Origin: Nitratidesulfovibrio vulgaris str. Hildenborough
GTDB taxonomy: Bacteria; Desulfobacterota; Desulfovibrionia; Desulfovibrionales; Desulfovibrionaceae
Assembly: GCF_000195755.1 (NCBI RefSeq)
Contig: NC_002937.3
Coordinates: forward strand, 1,590,001 to 1,622,000
Direction of reading: 5' to 3'
Length of the DNA: 32,000 nt
Part shown: positions 6,079 to 15,188 of the stretch, piece by piece
Position numbering within the stretch: position 1 is the first letter of the stretch
Layout of the letters: each line of letters opens with the position of its first letter
The notes under the pieces: generated by a model
What the model was told of the DNA's origin: nothing
What the model saw: the letters and a program-made list of their open reading frames with translations, nothing else
Database searches by the model: none
Translations under genes and position numbers: made by a program

Positions 6079-6173
6079 TGGCGGAGAGGGTGGGATTCGA
6101 ACCCACGTACGGGCTATTAACCCGTAACTCGATTTCGAGTCGAGCGCGTTACGGCCAGCTTCGCTACCTCTCC
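6079..6173 (-). tRNA. tRNA-Ser (anticodon CGA)
   Basis: The reverse complement reads GGAGAGG-TA-...-CTCGA-CTCGAAA-TCGAG-(long variable arm TACGGG..CCCGTA)-GTGGG-TTCGAAT-CCCAC-CCTCTCC-G-CCA. It has a 7-bp acceptor stem, a canonical T-arm, an encoded CCA, anticodon loop CU-CGA-AA and a class II long variable arm. Folded by eye only. Confidence 0.9.
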
Positions 6174-6212
6174 GCTTTTGGAGACCCGGCGGCCGACACC
6201 GGGCGGAGAAGG

Positions 6213-6241
6213 TATGTAGGCAATTTTGCTTCTTGTGGCAA
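6213..6241 (-). promoter_or_regulatory. Sigma70-like promoter candidate for tRNA-Ser
   Basis: The minus strand reads TTGCCA (6241-6236), a 17-nt spacer, then TACATA (6218-6213), about 40 nt upstream of the mature tRNA 5' end. This is a pattern match only. Confidence 0.35.
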
Positions 6242-6515
6242 GGGGAAAATGCACAGTACGCTTCGCAAACGGGTCGATGCTGGCTTTTGCCCTCGCGGGT
6301 AGCTGGCAGCGGATAGCCTCGACTGGCTACGGGAACAATGCGGCTCAAGGGACTACGCCGTGCACGTGCTGTCTGAACGATTTGACATCAAGCAGCTTCG
6401 TCTTCCCATAAGGAGGGGGTGCCTATTGTTCATCTAGGCGTGGTGTCTGAAGGGCGCGTCGCATCACGGGCGTGTCCGCCGCGAGGCTACGCAGGTGAGC
6501 GTGGGGGAGAGGCGG

Positions 6516-7160
6516 TCAATCGGTACGGCGTCCGTTGAAGAAGTCCTTGAGGATGGCGGTGCAGGCGCGTCGGCGCAGGCCTCCCATATGCCACGGGCGG
6601 TGATTGAGGAAGGGTTGTTCGAAGGCTTCAAGGCACGACGTCACGGCCCCTGCCTTCGGGTCTTCGGCACCGTAGACCACGCCCTCGACGCGGGCATGGA
6701 CGATGGCACCCGCGCACATGAGGCAGGGTTCCAGTGTCACCACCAGAAACGTCCCGCCTAGCCGGTAGTTTGCGGTCGTTGTCGCGGCCATGCGTAGCGC
6801 GACCATCTCGGCATGGGCCGATGGGTCGTTGTCGCGCAGACAGCGGTTGTGCCCGCGACCGATGATGCGTCCCGCCTTGTCGACGACGACGGCCCCCACA
6901 GGCACTTCGCCTTCGGCCTGTGCCAGTCGTGCTTCGGCCAGTGCCTCGTCCATGAGGCGTTCCCATGTCCAGCCTTCGGGCGCATAGGGGACGGGTCCCA
7001 CGGGGCCGTCGGTGACGTCGGCTGTATCTGGGGTGACGGCGGATGCGGCAGGGGGCACGATGCCTGTGGTGACGGCAGCGGTGGCGTCCTTGCTTGCGCC
7101 GCTCGCACGTTCACTATCTGTGGCGTCGTTGCTGTCGGGCATGTTTCGCAGTGCGTCCAT
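6516..7160 (-). CDS. tadA: tRNA-specific adenosine deaminase TadA (with N-terminal low-complexity extension)
   Basis: It carries the CMP/dCMP-type deaminase zinc motifs HAEMVAL and PCLMCAGA, with GEVPVGAVVVD upstream of them. The track ORF 6516-7799 is trimmed to the first ATG downstream of the LOG gene (7160). Alternative starts are at 7142 and 6953 (M70, which would give a canonical ~145-aa TadA). Confidence 0.85.
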   Translation of the reverse strand: MDALRNMPDSNDATDSERASGASKDATAAVTTGIVPPAASAVTPDTADVTDGPVGPVPYAPEGWTWERLMDEALAEARLAQAEGEVPVGAVVVDKAGRIIGRGHNRCLRDNDPSAHAEMVALRMAATTTANYRLGGTFLVVTLEPCLMCAGAIVHARVEGVVYGAEDPKAGAVTSCLEAFEQPFLNHRPWHMGGLRRRACTAILKDFFNGRRTD

Positions 7161-7221
7161 GGTGTGGTGTAGGCAATGCGGCGGGACACAAGGCCCCGCC
7201 GCTGTGGTGTCGGCGTGCCCC

Positions 7222-7878
7222 TTACAGGATGACGTGCTTGCGGATGTAGCTGACCACCTGTTCAGGCGTATCAAGCACGGTGACGAGGTCGAGTTCTTCT
7301 TCGCGGATGTAGCCCCCGGTGACCATCCTGTCGCGAATCCAGTCGAGCAGTCCGTTCCAGAATTCGCTCTTGTAGAGGATGATGGGGAAGGGCTTGATAC
7401 GCCGTGTCTGCGCAAGGACGAAGGCTTCGGAGAGTTCGTCGATGGTGCCCATGCCGCCGGGCATGACCACGTAGGCGAGGGCGTACTTGATGAACATGAG
7501 CTTGCGGACGAAGAAGTAGCGGAAGTCGCACCGCGTCTTGATGTACTGGTTGGAGTCCTGTTCGAAGGGCAGGTGGATGTGCAGGCCGACAGATTCGCCG
7601 CCAGCTTCGAAGGCTCCCTTGTTGCCCGCTTCCATGAGACCGGGGCCGCCGCCCGTGATGACCCCGTAGCCCGCCTGCACCAGCAGGCGCGCGATGGCCT
7701 CGGTATCGGCATAGAGGGGGCTGTCACGCGGGACGCGCGCCGACCCGAAGATGGAGACGCACTTGTCCACATCGCTGAGGGTGTCGAAGCCGTCGACAAG
7801 TTCGGCCATTATCTTGAAGAGACGCCACGACTCTTTGATGGAGAGCGTGTCGATGACGTATTGCTTGCTGGATGCCAT
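7222..7878 (-). CDS. LOG-family (TIGR00730-type) nucleotide 5'-monophosphate nucleosidase / cytokinin riboside 5'-monophosphate phosphoribohydrolase-like protein
   Basis: The protein is 218 aa. It has the motifs VITGGGPGLMEAGNKGA and PGGMGTIDEL, which characterise the LOG / lysine-decarboxylase-like family. AAGGAG lies 6 nt upstream of the ATG. Confidence 0.9.
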   Translation of the reverse strand: MASSKQYVIDTLSIKESWRLFKIMAELVDGFDTLSDVDKCVSIFGSARVPRDSPLYADTEAIARLLVQAGYGVITGGGPGLMEAGNKGAFEAGGESVGLHIHLPFEQDSNQYIKTRCDFRYFFVRKLMFIKYALAYVVMPGGMGTIDELSEAFVLAQTRRIKPFPIILYKSEFWNGLLDWIRDRMVTGGYIREEELDLVTVLDTPEQVVSYIRKHVIL

Positions 7879-7947
7879 GCGGTTCTCCTTGGGGTTTTAC
7901 GAGGACTATACGGTGAGAGCGGAGCATGCGCAACGTCGCGAAAGGTC

Positions 7948-7976
7948 TTGCACTTGAAGACGAGTGCCGCCATAGT
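7948..7976 (+). promoter_or_regulatory. Sigma70-like promoter candidate for the MBL/beta-CASP gene
   Basis: TTGCAC (7948-7953), a 17-nt spacer, then CATAGT (7971-7976), in the divergent intergenic region. This is a pattern match only. Confidence 0.25.
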
Positions 7977-8014
7977 GATCGGGTTTTTCAGGCCATCAAC
8001 CCAAGGGAACGTGC

Positions 8015-9625
8015 ATGAAGGTCCAGTTTCTTGGAGCTGCCCAGACGGTGACCGGCTCCTGCTACATGATAGAGGCCAACGGTGTTCGCTTCGCCATCGA
8101 CTGCGGCATGCATCAGGGCAACACCGAAATCGAAAAGCGTAACGATGATACCGAGATCTATCGTCCATCCGACATAGCCTTCTTTCTGGTCACCCACGCG
8201 CATATCGACCATACGGGGCTGCTGCCCGCCATGACGCGCAACGGGTTCACCGGCCCCATATACTGCACAGAACCCACAGCCGACCTGCTTGGCATCATGT
8301 TGCAGGACAGCGCGCACATCCAGGAGATGGAAGCGGAATGGCAAAGCCGCAAACTCTCCCGCAACGGGCGCATCAAGAAGGTCGAACCGCTCTATACGAC
8401 CGAAGACGCCACCCGGGCGGCCGAGATGCTGCGTCCGGTGGACTATGGCAACTCGTTCGAACCTTCGCCCGGCATCCGTGTGACATACAAGGACGCGGGG
8501 CACATCCTCGGTTCGGCGTTCCTCGAACTTGAAGTCACGGAAAACGGCAGACCCACACGGCTCGTCTTTTCGGGCGACCTCGGCAGGCCCGACGCCCTCA
8601 TCGTCAACGACCCGCAGAAGGCCGCCCCGGCGGACTATCTCTTTCTCGAGTCCACCTATGGCGACCGTGACCACAAAGACCCACGCTTCAGCCGCGACGA
8701 ACTGGCTGAAGCCATCGCCTACAGCTACGGCAATGGCGAAAAGGTCATCATTCCCGCCTTCGCCGTCGAACGCACGCAGGAAGTGCTCTACACTCTCTAC
8801 CTGCTGCACAAGGAAGGCAGACTGCCTGCCGACATGCCCGTCTTCGTGGATAGCCCGCTGGCCATAAGAGCTACCGAGATATTCCGCAAGCATCCGAAAT
8901 ATTATGATGATAATATGAAGAAGCTTGTAGATTCGGGCGAAGACCCGCTGGCGCTGCCCAACCTGAAATACACGCTCAATACGCAGGATTCGCAGGCCCT
9001 CAACGTGCGGTCTGGCCCGGCTGTCATCATCTCCGCCAGCGGCATGTGCAATGCAGGGCGCATCAAGCACCACCTGCGGCACAACCTGTGGCGGCCCGGT
9101 GCCAGCATCGTCTTCGTGGGCTATCAGGGCGTAGGCACACCCGGCCGCAAGATTGTCGACGGCAATGCCACGGTGCGCCTGTTCAACGAAGACATCGCCG
9201 TCAAGGCCAAGGTCTTCACCATCGGCAGCTTCTCGGCACATGCGGGCCAGAGTCAGATTCTGGAATGGGTGTCGGCTTTCGCCCATCCCCAGATGGAGGT
9301 ATTCCTCGTCCACGGCGAAGAGAAGGCACAGACGACGCTTGCCGGACTGTTGCGCGAGCGTTTCAACCTTCCGGTGTCCATACCCGGCTATCTTGAAGAG
9401 GTCACGCTCAAGCCGGGGCGCGAGTCGTTGCACCAGACCGACGAGGCACGGGCACATCCCGACGTCGACTGGGAATTCCTGCTTGCCGAGACTGAGGGCA
9501 AGGTGGCACAACTCCGCAAGCGTCTCGCGGGCGTGGAGAAGCGGCCTTGGGTCGAACAGACCGACATCCGCGAACGCCTCGTCGAGATCAACGGCGAACT
9601 GTTGCATTTCCTTTCGCAGTTGTAG
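8015..9625 (+). CDS. Metallo-beta-lactamase fold, beta-CASP family RNA-metabolising hydrolase (RNase J/CPSF-like)
   Basis: The protein is 536 aa. The N-terminus MKVQFLGAAQTVTGSCYMIE and the motif THAHIDHTG (HxHxDH), plus later D/H motifs (ESTYGDRDH, FSAHAG, VHGE), are typical of beta-CASP nucleases. A ~90-aa C-terminal extension follows. Confidence 0.9.
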   Translation: MKVQFLGAAQTVTGSCYMIEANGVRFAIDCGMHQGNTEIEKRNDDTEIYRPSDIAFFLVTHAHIDHTGLLPAMTRNGFTGPIYCTEPTADLLGIMLQDSAHIQEMEAEWQSRKLSRNGRIKKVEPLYTTEDATRAAEMLRPVDYGNSFEPSPGIRVTYKDAGHILGSAFLELEVTENGRPTRLVFSGDLGRPDALIVNDPQKAAPADYLFLESTYGDRDHKDPRFSRDELAEAIAYSYGNGEKVIIPAFAVERTQEVLYTLYLLHKEGRLPADMPVFVDSPLAIRATEIFRKHPKYYDDNMKKLVDSGEDPLALPNLKYTLNTQDSQALNVRSGPAVIISASGMCNAGRIKHHLRHNLWRPGASIVFVGYQGVGTPGRKIVDGNATVRLFNEDIAVKAKVFTIGSFSAHAGQSQILEWVSAFAHPQMEVFLVHGEEKAQTTLAGLLRERFNLPVSIPGYLEEVTLKPGRESLHQTDEARAHPDVDWEFLLAETEGKVAQLRKRLAGVEKRPWVEQTDIRERLVEINGELLHFLSQL

Positions 9626-9750
9626 TGGCTTGTAAGAAACCGCTACGTGCGTCATGCTCCGTAGACGGGGCGGGGGTCGTGCCGCGCACAGCCCTCGCCC
9701 CGTTGGTCGGGGCTTTGAGTCGTATCCCTAGCAAGTGAATCCGGAGTCGT

Positions 9751-10323
9751 ATGCGTATCATCGCGGGTGCCTATGGCGGGCGCCTTCTCAAGACGGTAGA
9801 GGGGCCGGGCTACAGACCGGCCATGTCGCGGGTGCGCGAATCGTTGTTCTCGATGCTCTCGTCCCGTGGTGTGGTGTGGGCTGGCAGCCGGGTTCTCGAC
9901 CTGTTCGCCGGAAGCGGAAGTCTGGCCTTCGAGGCCTTGAGTCGTGGCGCTGATGAGGCGTGGTTCGTGGAACTCAACGCGAAGGCGGCGGCGTGCATCG
10001 AGAAGAACGCCACCTCGCTGGGCATCGAACCGCAACGCTGGCGAGTGCTCGCCGAGGACATCACGAAAGTGCTCGGCAGGCGGGCCGCTGCGCCGTTCGA
10101 TGTGGTCTTCATAGACCCCCCCTATGGCGAGGGGCGGCTCGCGCCGACCATCAGACTCATGATGCGCAGCCGCTGGCTGGCCCCGGAAGGGGTCGTCGTC
10201 GCAGAGGTGGAGGCGGGGCTGGCGTTCGACGCCGAAACCGTCCACGACGGTCTTGAGGTCATCGCCGACAGAACCTACGGACAGACGAGGATCGTCATAT
10301 GGACGACGAAAGAGGCAAGCTAG
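9751..10323 (+). CDS. rsmD: 16S rRNA (guanine966-N2)-methyltransferase RsmD
   Basis: The protein starts MRIIAGAYGGRLLK..RP...RVRESLFSML and carries the SAM motif LDLFAGSGSLAFEALSRGA and the DPPY motif. The conserved rsmD-coaD pairing is present. Confidence 0.9.
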   Translation: MRIIAGAYGGRLLKTVEGPGYRPAMSRVRESLFSMLSSRGVVWAGSRVLDLFAGSGSLAFEALSRGADEAWFVELNAKAAACIEKNATSLGIEPQRWRVLAEDITKVLGRRAAAPFDVVFIDPPYGEGRLAPTIRLMMRSRWLAPEGVVVAEVEAGLAFDAETVHDGLEVIADRTYGQTRIVIWTTKEAS

Positions 10324-10859
10324 CCGTCTACCCCGGCACCTTCGACCCGCTGACCATGGGGCATGTGAGCCTCATCCGGCGCGGACGGCAGATTTTCGAC
10401 AGGGTCATCGTGGCTGTGGCCATGGACACCCCCAAGACGCCGCTATTCTCGCTCGACGAGCGGGTGCGCATGGCGGAGGAGGTGTTCGCCGACCACGAGG
10501 GCATCACCGTCGAGCCTTTCTCCGGCCTTCTGGTGGACTATGCCGAACGGCGCGGGGCCAACGTCATCCTGCGCGGGCTGCGGGCCGTATCCGACTTCGA
10601 ATACGAATTCCAGCTTGCGCTGATGAATCGCAAGCTCAAGCGGCATGTACAGACCGTCTTTCTCATGACGGACTACCAGTGGCTGTACATCAGTTCGACC
10701 ATCATCAAGGCTGCTGCCAGTCTTGGCGGAGACATCAAGGGGCTGGTTCCCGACAACGTGTACCGGCGTCTGCGTGAGAAGTACGGCTATCCGTATCCTT
10801 TGAACCCCGGCCTCGCCCTGTCCACAGAGGCAGACGAAGACCTGCCGCCTTCGCTATGA
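10299..10859 (+). CDS. coaD: Phosphopantetheine adenylyltransferase CoaD
   Basis: The motifs AVYPGTFDPLTMGH (nucleotidyltransferase HxGH-type), RGLRAVSDFEYE and ISSTIIK are present. It overlaps rsmD by 25 nt and miaA by 4 nt (ATGA). Confidence 0.95.
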   Translation: MDDERGKLAVYPGTFDPLTMGHVSLIRRGRQIFDRVIVAVAMDTPKTPLFSLDERVRMAEEVFADHEGITVEPFSGLLVDYAERRGANVILRGLRAVSDFEYEFQLALMNRKLKRHVQTVFLMTDYQWLYISSTIIKAAASLGGDIKGLVPDNVYRRLREKYGYPYPLNPGLALSTEADEDLPPSL

Positions 10860-11785
10860 GCAACGAGCTTCCGGCCGTCATCTGTCTGGTCGGCCCCACG
10901 GGGGCTGGCAAGACGGCGGCGGCGCTGCATCTGGCCGAGCGTTTCGCCGGGACGGTCATCAATGCCGACTCGCGGCAGGTGTACCGCGACTTTCCCATCA
11001 TCACTGCGCAGCCGACAGCGGAAGAGCAGGCCCAATGCCCGCATCGCCTGTACGGCTTTCTGGAGACGGAGGCGCGCATGTCTGCCGGGGTGTGGGGAGA
11101 CCATGCCACGGCAGCCATCGACGAGGCCCTCGCCCAAGGGCGGCTGCCATTGCTGGTGGGGGGAACGGGCATGTATGTGCGCGCGTTGCTCGATGGCATC
11201 GCCGCCATACCCGCCATCCCCCGCGACATTCATGTGCGTTGGCAGGAACGGTGTGCTGCGGAGGGCCCGCAACGGCTTCATGCCATGCTCTGCGATATCG
11301 ATGCCGAGTACGCGGCGCGCATCCATCCCAACGACAGGCAGCGTGTCACGCGGGCGCTTGAGGTCCATGAGCATACAGGACGAACCTTTTCGGAATGGCA
11401 TCGTTCGGCAATGCCCGCACCGCGTTACCGGGCCTTGCGCATCGGTTTCGCTGCCACTCTGGATGCCCTGACGCCAAGACTTGCCCATCGGATAGACCTC
11501 ATGCTGGCAGCAGGGGCGCTTGATGAGGCGCGTCGCGCCCGTGTGCACTGTGACGACCCCTCTGCACCGGGGTGGTCGGGCATAGGCTGTGCCGAAACGT
11601 ACGCCCACCTTGTCGGAAGCCTCGACTACGAAGCCATGCGCCACGTGTGGCTGCACAACACCCGTGCCTACGCCAAACGGCAGCTCACATGGTTCCGCGC
11701 CGACACCCGCCTGACCTGGTACGCGCCTGACGATGTCGAGGGCATCGCCCTTGGTGTCGCCTCTTTTTTGCGAGGCGGTGCATAG
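10856..11785 (+). CDS. miaA: tRNA dimethylallyltransferase MiaA
   Basis: The motifs are the P-loop GPTGAGKT, INADSRQVYRDFPIITAQP, PHRLYGF, GGTGMYVRALLDG and YAKRQLTWFR. Confidence 0.95.
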   Translation: MSNELPAVICLVGPTGAGKTAAALHLAERFAGTVINADSRQVYRDFPIITAQPTAEEQAQCPHRLYGFLETEARMSAGVWGDHATAAIDEALAQGRLPLLVGGTGMYVRALLDGIAAIPAIPRDIHVRWQERCAAEGPQRLHAMLCDIDAEYAARIHPNDRQRVTRALEVHEHTGRTFSEWHRSAMPAPRYRALRIGFAATLDALTPRLAHRIDLMLAAGALDEARRARVHCDDPSAPGWSGIGCAETYAHLVGSLDYEAMRHVWLHNTRAYAKRQLTWFRADTRLTWYAPDDVEGIALGVASFLRGGA

Positions 11786-11934
11786 GGCGTTCTTTACGCC
11801 ATAACACAGGCGGTGCCTTGCCAGACCCTTCGCTTCGACAGGTAGATGTATACTGAAGCGGAGGGTTTTCGCTTTCTCTTGTCCCTCCCACAGCTAAAGT
11901 GTAAGAATAGAGGTGAAACTGTAAGGGGGTAGAC

Positions 11935-12447
11935 ATGTCTGACTCCGGAAGATGGAATCCGTATGTCGCGGGCGGCCTGAGCGGGCTTGTCATGGTCGGT
12001 TCGGTCGCCTTGTCGAATGCCTATTTCGGTGCATCGACCACGTTCGTCCGTATGGCCGGGATGATAGAGAAGGCCTTTGCACCGGAACATGTGGCAGGTC
12101 TGGCCTATTTCACCAAAGAGGCCCCCATTGTCGACTGGCAGTGGATGTTCGTCGTCGGCATCCTGTTGGGGGCGTTCGTTGCAGCCATGCTTTCCGGCAC
12201 ATACCGGGTGCAGGCTGTCCCCGACATGTGGCGCGAGCGTTTCGGGACGTCTGCAGGGCTTCGGGGTGTCGCCGCGTTCGTCGGGGGCTTCCTTGCGCTG
12301 TTCGGTGCCCGCCTTGCCGGGGGGTGTCCCAGCGGGCACGGGCTTAGTGGAGTGGCCCAGCTTGCAGGCAGCGGGCTTGTATCGCTGGTCTGTTTCTTTG
12401 TGGGCGGGCTCATCGTTGCACGTCTGTTGTACGGAGGTCGTCGCTGA
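11935..12447 (+). CDS. YeeE/YedE-family sulfur-compound transporter, half 1
   Basis: The protein is 170 aa and polytopic. It has the conserved Cys loop LAGGCPSGHGLSG. AAGGGGG lies upstream of the ATG. Confidence 0.85.
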   Translation: MSDSGRWNPYVAGGLSGLVMVGSVALSNAYFGASTTFVRMAGMIEKAFAPEHVAGLAYFTKEAPIVDWQWMFVVGILLGAFVAAMLSGTYRVQAVPDMWRERFGTSAGLRGVAAFVGGFLALFGARLAGGCPSGHGLSGVAQLAGSGLVSLVCFFVGGLIVARLLYGGRR

Positions 12448-12968
12448 TGCTCATCAACGGTCTGGTGACGGGTGTCCTTTTCGGCATCCTGCTGCAACGG
12501 GCTGAAGTGCTTCGCTATGACAGGCAACTTGGCGCGTTGCGGTTGCAGGACATGACCATCATCAAGTTCATGTTGTCGGCCATCATCGTGTCCATGGTGG
12601 GCATCCATGCGCTGGTCGACCTCGAACTTGCCAAACTGTCCGTCAAACCGCTGGTGCTGGGCGCGAACATCGGCGGAGGTCTGCTGTTCGGCCTGGGGTG
12701 GGGCATCCTGGGGTATTGCCCCGGAACGGCCGCCGGCGCACTCGGCGAGGGTAGACTGGATGCCCTGTGGGGCATCATGGGCGGCCTTGCCGGGGCGGCA
12801 GCCTATGCCGAACTCTATCCAGCGATGAAGGCGACCCTGCTTTCCATGGGAGATGTCGGCAAGGTGACCTTGCCCCAGTTGCTCGGTCTGGGGCACTGGC
12901 CTGTGATTGTCATCTTCATCGTCGTCGTTGTGGCTGTCATGCGCCTTGTCGAACGAAAGGGGCTGTAG
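12447..12968 (+). CDS. YeeE/YedE-family sulfur-compound transporter, half 2
   Basis: The protein is 173 aa and polytopic. It has the conserved loop GYCPGTAAGALGEG. Its ATG overlaps the TGA of half 1 by 1 nt (TGATG), which indicates coupling. Confidence 0.85.
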   Translation: MLINGLVTGVLFGILLQRAEVLRYDRQLGALRLQDMTIIKFMLSAIIVSMVGIHALVDLELAKLSVKPLVLGANIGGGLLFGLGWGILGYCPGTAAGALGEGRLDALWGIMGGLAGAAAYAELYPAMKATLLSMGDVGKVTLPQLLGLGHWPVIVIFIVVVVAVMRLVERKGL

Positions 12969-13092
12969 CCGCTCCCTTTCATCAACTGGCTTTCTGCACC
13001 GGACTGGCCCGGATGTTGCTTCCAGCCTTGGGTATGGCTTGCGTGATGTCGTTTTTCCGTCGTCACGCTGACCACATGGAGTCGCTGGAAGC

Positions 13093-14229
13093 ATGCATAT
13101 GAACATCAGACATCGGAAAGCCTGTGTGCGGGCTTCACTGGTCACCTCGGCGGTGGCGGCGGTCTTGGGTCTCGTCATGGGGTTCGTGCCTGAACAGGGA
13201 ACCAACTCGGTGCGTCGTAGCCTTGACCGGTCGGTGCTTCGTGTTGCGGCTGATGCCGCACCTGTCCCTGTGCCCCACGATAGCGATACGGGCTGGCAAT
13301 GGCGTGGCGAAGTGGATTCGTCGGCAGGTGCGAACACCACTCGGCGTGATGTCAGGCCCATGGCGGGTGACGGGCTTGTCAGGTTCGAGAATGGAGGCGT
13401 CCTTGTCGCCACTGTCGACGGTGGACGTGTTCTTTCTCCCGCGATGTCACAAGGTTCCTTGAACGATGTTTCGCCTGTCCTTGGCATGGACGGCAGCAGG
13501 CTGTCGCCATTACTCGCGGTCGCGGTGCCGGAACAGTACGGCGAACCGCTGGATGTGGCAGGCAGACCTGTGCGGTGGCTTGTGAGTGCCGAGGAGTACG
13601 CTTCGCGTCTTGGCAGGGAGTGCCGTCAGCCACGTTCGCCTTCCATCGGCGGCGTGATGCGCATCAACAGGCGGGCTTTCGCCGGAGGGGGCGATGTCTC
13701 CGGACTTGCCGGAGTCTACAAGGCGCAGGTTGAACGCTTCGCACGCAAGTTCGGAGTGCGGTCACGGCTTGTCTACGCCATCATGCATGCTGAAAGCGGT
13801 TTCGACCCTGCCGCGTTGAGCCATGCCTCTGCCCACGGGCTCATGCAGGTCGTCCCCGGCACCGCCGGTGAAGAGGTGAGTGCCTTTCTCGCGCGTCGTG
13901 GCGAGTCTCCGGCTGATGTCGACCTGTTCGACCCCGAGGACAATATCAGGTACGGGATAGCGTATCTGCATCTTCTGCTGAACCGTCATTTTGCCGACAT
14001 CCGGCAACCCAATTCGCGTGAACTCTGCGCCATCGCAGCCTACAATGGCGGCCCTACACGTGTTCTGCGCGTCTTCGGCGCAGACAGGGCGCAGGCTGTG
14101 GATGCCATCAACGCCCTGCGGCCCCAGCAGGTCTATGAACGTCTTATCAGGTTCCTTCCCGCAGCCGAATCTCGCGCGTATGTCGACAAGGTGCTGGCCT
14201 CGCTCGAAAGTTTTTCCGATGTCAGGTAG
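13093..14229 (+). CDS. mltC: Membrane-bound lytic murein transglycosylase, MltC-like (SLT domain)
   Basis: An N-terminal signal/anchor is present. The C-terminal half AIMHAESGFDPAALSHASAHGLMQVVPGTAGEEV...FDPEDNIRYGIAYLHLL...AIAAYNGGPTRVLRVF aligns by eye with E. coli MltC (IIQTESSFNP..GLMQVV..TAGKDV..FDP..N..G.AYL...ITAYNGGAGSVLRVF). Confidence 0.85.
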   Translation: MHMNIRHRKACVRASLVTSAVAAVLGLVMGFVPEQGTNSVRRSLDRSVLRVAADAAPVPVPHDSDTGWQWRGEVDSSAGANTTRRDVRPMAGDGLVRFENGGVLVATVDGGRVLSPAMSQGSLNDVSPVLGMDGSRLSPLLAVAVPEQYGEPLDVAGRPVRWLVSAEEYASRLGRECRQPRSPSIGGVMRINRRAFAGGGDVSGLAGVYKAQVERFARKFGVRSRLVYAIMHAESGFDPAALSHASAHGLMQVVPGTAGEEVSAFLARRGESPADVDLFDPEDNIRYGIAYLHLLLNRHFADIRQPNSRELCAIAAYNGGPTRVLRVFGADRAQAVDAINALRPQQVYERLIRFLPAAESRAYVDKVLASLESFSDVR

Positions 14230-14358
14230 AGTGCGGCATTGTGCATGAAGCCGAACTCGCGTATGTGAGTGGGCCGTGCCCGGACGATTTCGGGTGCATG
14301 ACTTCTTGTCCCCGGAACGAAGATCTTTCATCCCCAATATCCATACCCGGAGTGACCG

Positions 14359-14925
14359 ATGCGTAAATCCGTACTCTCCATGCTGGCTGTGCTGGCACTG
14401 TCGTTTGCCCTCACCGGCTGCAACCAGCCCAAGACCGGCAGCGTAGCCGTCGTGAACACCGCCCGCATCTATCAGGAGAGCGAGGCTGGCAAAGCTGGCG
14501 TCAAGCATCTCGAATCGCTGCACAATGATATGCAGGCCCAGCTCAACAAGATGCAGGCGGAACTGCAGAAGAACCCCGGCGAGGAAACCTCGCGCAAGTT
14601 CCAGCAGCTGTATGCCGACCTGCAGCAGCGCATGGGTGCCGAACAGCAGCAGGTCATCACCGTGCTGAACGAGAACCTTCAGCGCGTGCTTGATGCCTAC
14701 CGCGAACAGAAGGGCCTCGATCTCATCGTTGCCAATGAAGGCGTTCTTTCCGTCAACGCCCGCGCTGACGTGACCGCCGATATCGTGGCCGAACTCAACA
14801 AGACCCAGATCACCTTCAAGCCCATCGAAGCGGAAGCCCCCAAGGCTGAACCAGCCAAGGAAGAGGCGGCCAAGGTGGAAGCCGACAAGGCTGCTCCTGC
14901 TGCCAACGCCACTGCAAAGCAGTAA
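14359..14925 (+). CDS. OmpH/Skp-family periplasmic chaperone-like lipoprotein
   Basis: The signal peptide carries a lipobox (ALTGC). The body is coiled-coil and Q/E/K-rich, with the pattern VAVVNTARIYQESEAGKAG...LQ...Q. GGAG lies upstream of the ATG. Confidence 0.8.
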   Translation: MRKSVLSMLAVLALSFALTGCNQPKTGSVAVVNTARIYQESEAGKAGVKHLESLHNDMQAQLNKMQAELQKNPGEETSRKFQQLYADLQQRMGAEQQQVITVLNENLQRVLDAYREQKGLDLIVANEGVLSVNARADVTADIVAELNKTQITFKPIEAEAPKAEPAKEEAAKVEADKAAPAANATAKQ

Positions 14926-14965
14926 GCGGTCAGATTCGCCACGTTCTGGCAACTCTGTACACGGC

Positions 14966-14996
14966 AAGGCCCACGTCGAACGACGTGGGCCTTTTC
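14966..14996 (+). terminator. Rho-independent terminator after the Skp-like gene
   Basis: GGCCCACGTC-GAAC-GACGTGGGCC is a 10-bp perfect stem with a tetraloop, followed by TTTT. Flanking AA/TT extend the stem. Confidence 0.8.
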
Positions 14997-15188
14997 TATC
15001 GCAGGCTGTTCAGAACAATCGAGCGAGGCGCAGTTGCCGGGGGGAGTGCGGCCTCATGGCCGATCAACTCCGCAGCACGACGAGGCGGCACTGTGGCTTT
15101 GCCCGGTGGTGGGCACAGATGAATGTGGTGCAGCCCATCTGCCGCACAGATGGACTGTGAGTCCCCTGACTGGCAGGGATTTCTCGCG

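Noticed and set aside
6516-7799. 427-aa ORF in the track that would fuse TadA to a long Ser/Thr/Pro/Ala-rich N-terminus.
   Set aside because: The part upstream of 7160 overlaps the well-supported LOG-family gene (7222-7878) in another frame and has no recognisable content. I trimmed it to the deaminase gene 6516-7160.
9664-9717. Overlapping hairpins downstream of the beta-CASP gene: an ACGGGGCGGGGGT...GCCCTCGCCCCGT long stem, or CCCCG-ttggt-CGGGG followed by CTTT.
   Set aside because: The structures are real but mutually exclusive, and only a 3-nt T-run follows. That is not enough to call a terminator or attenuator.
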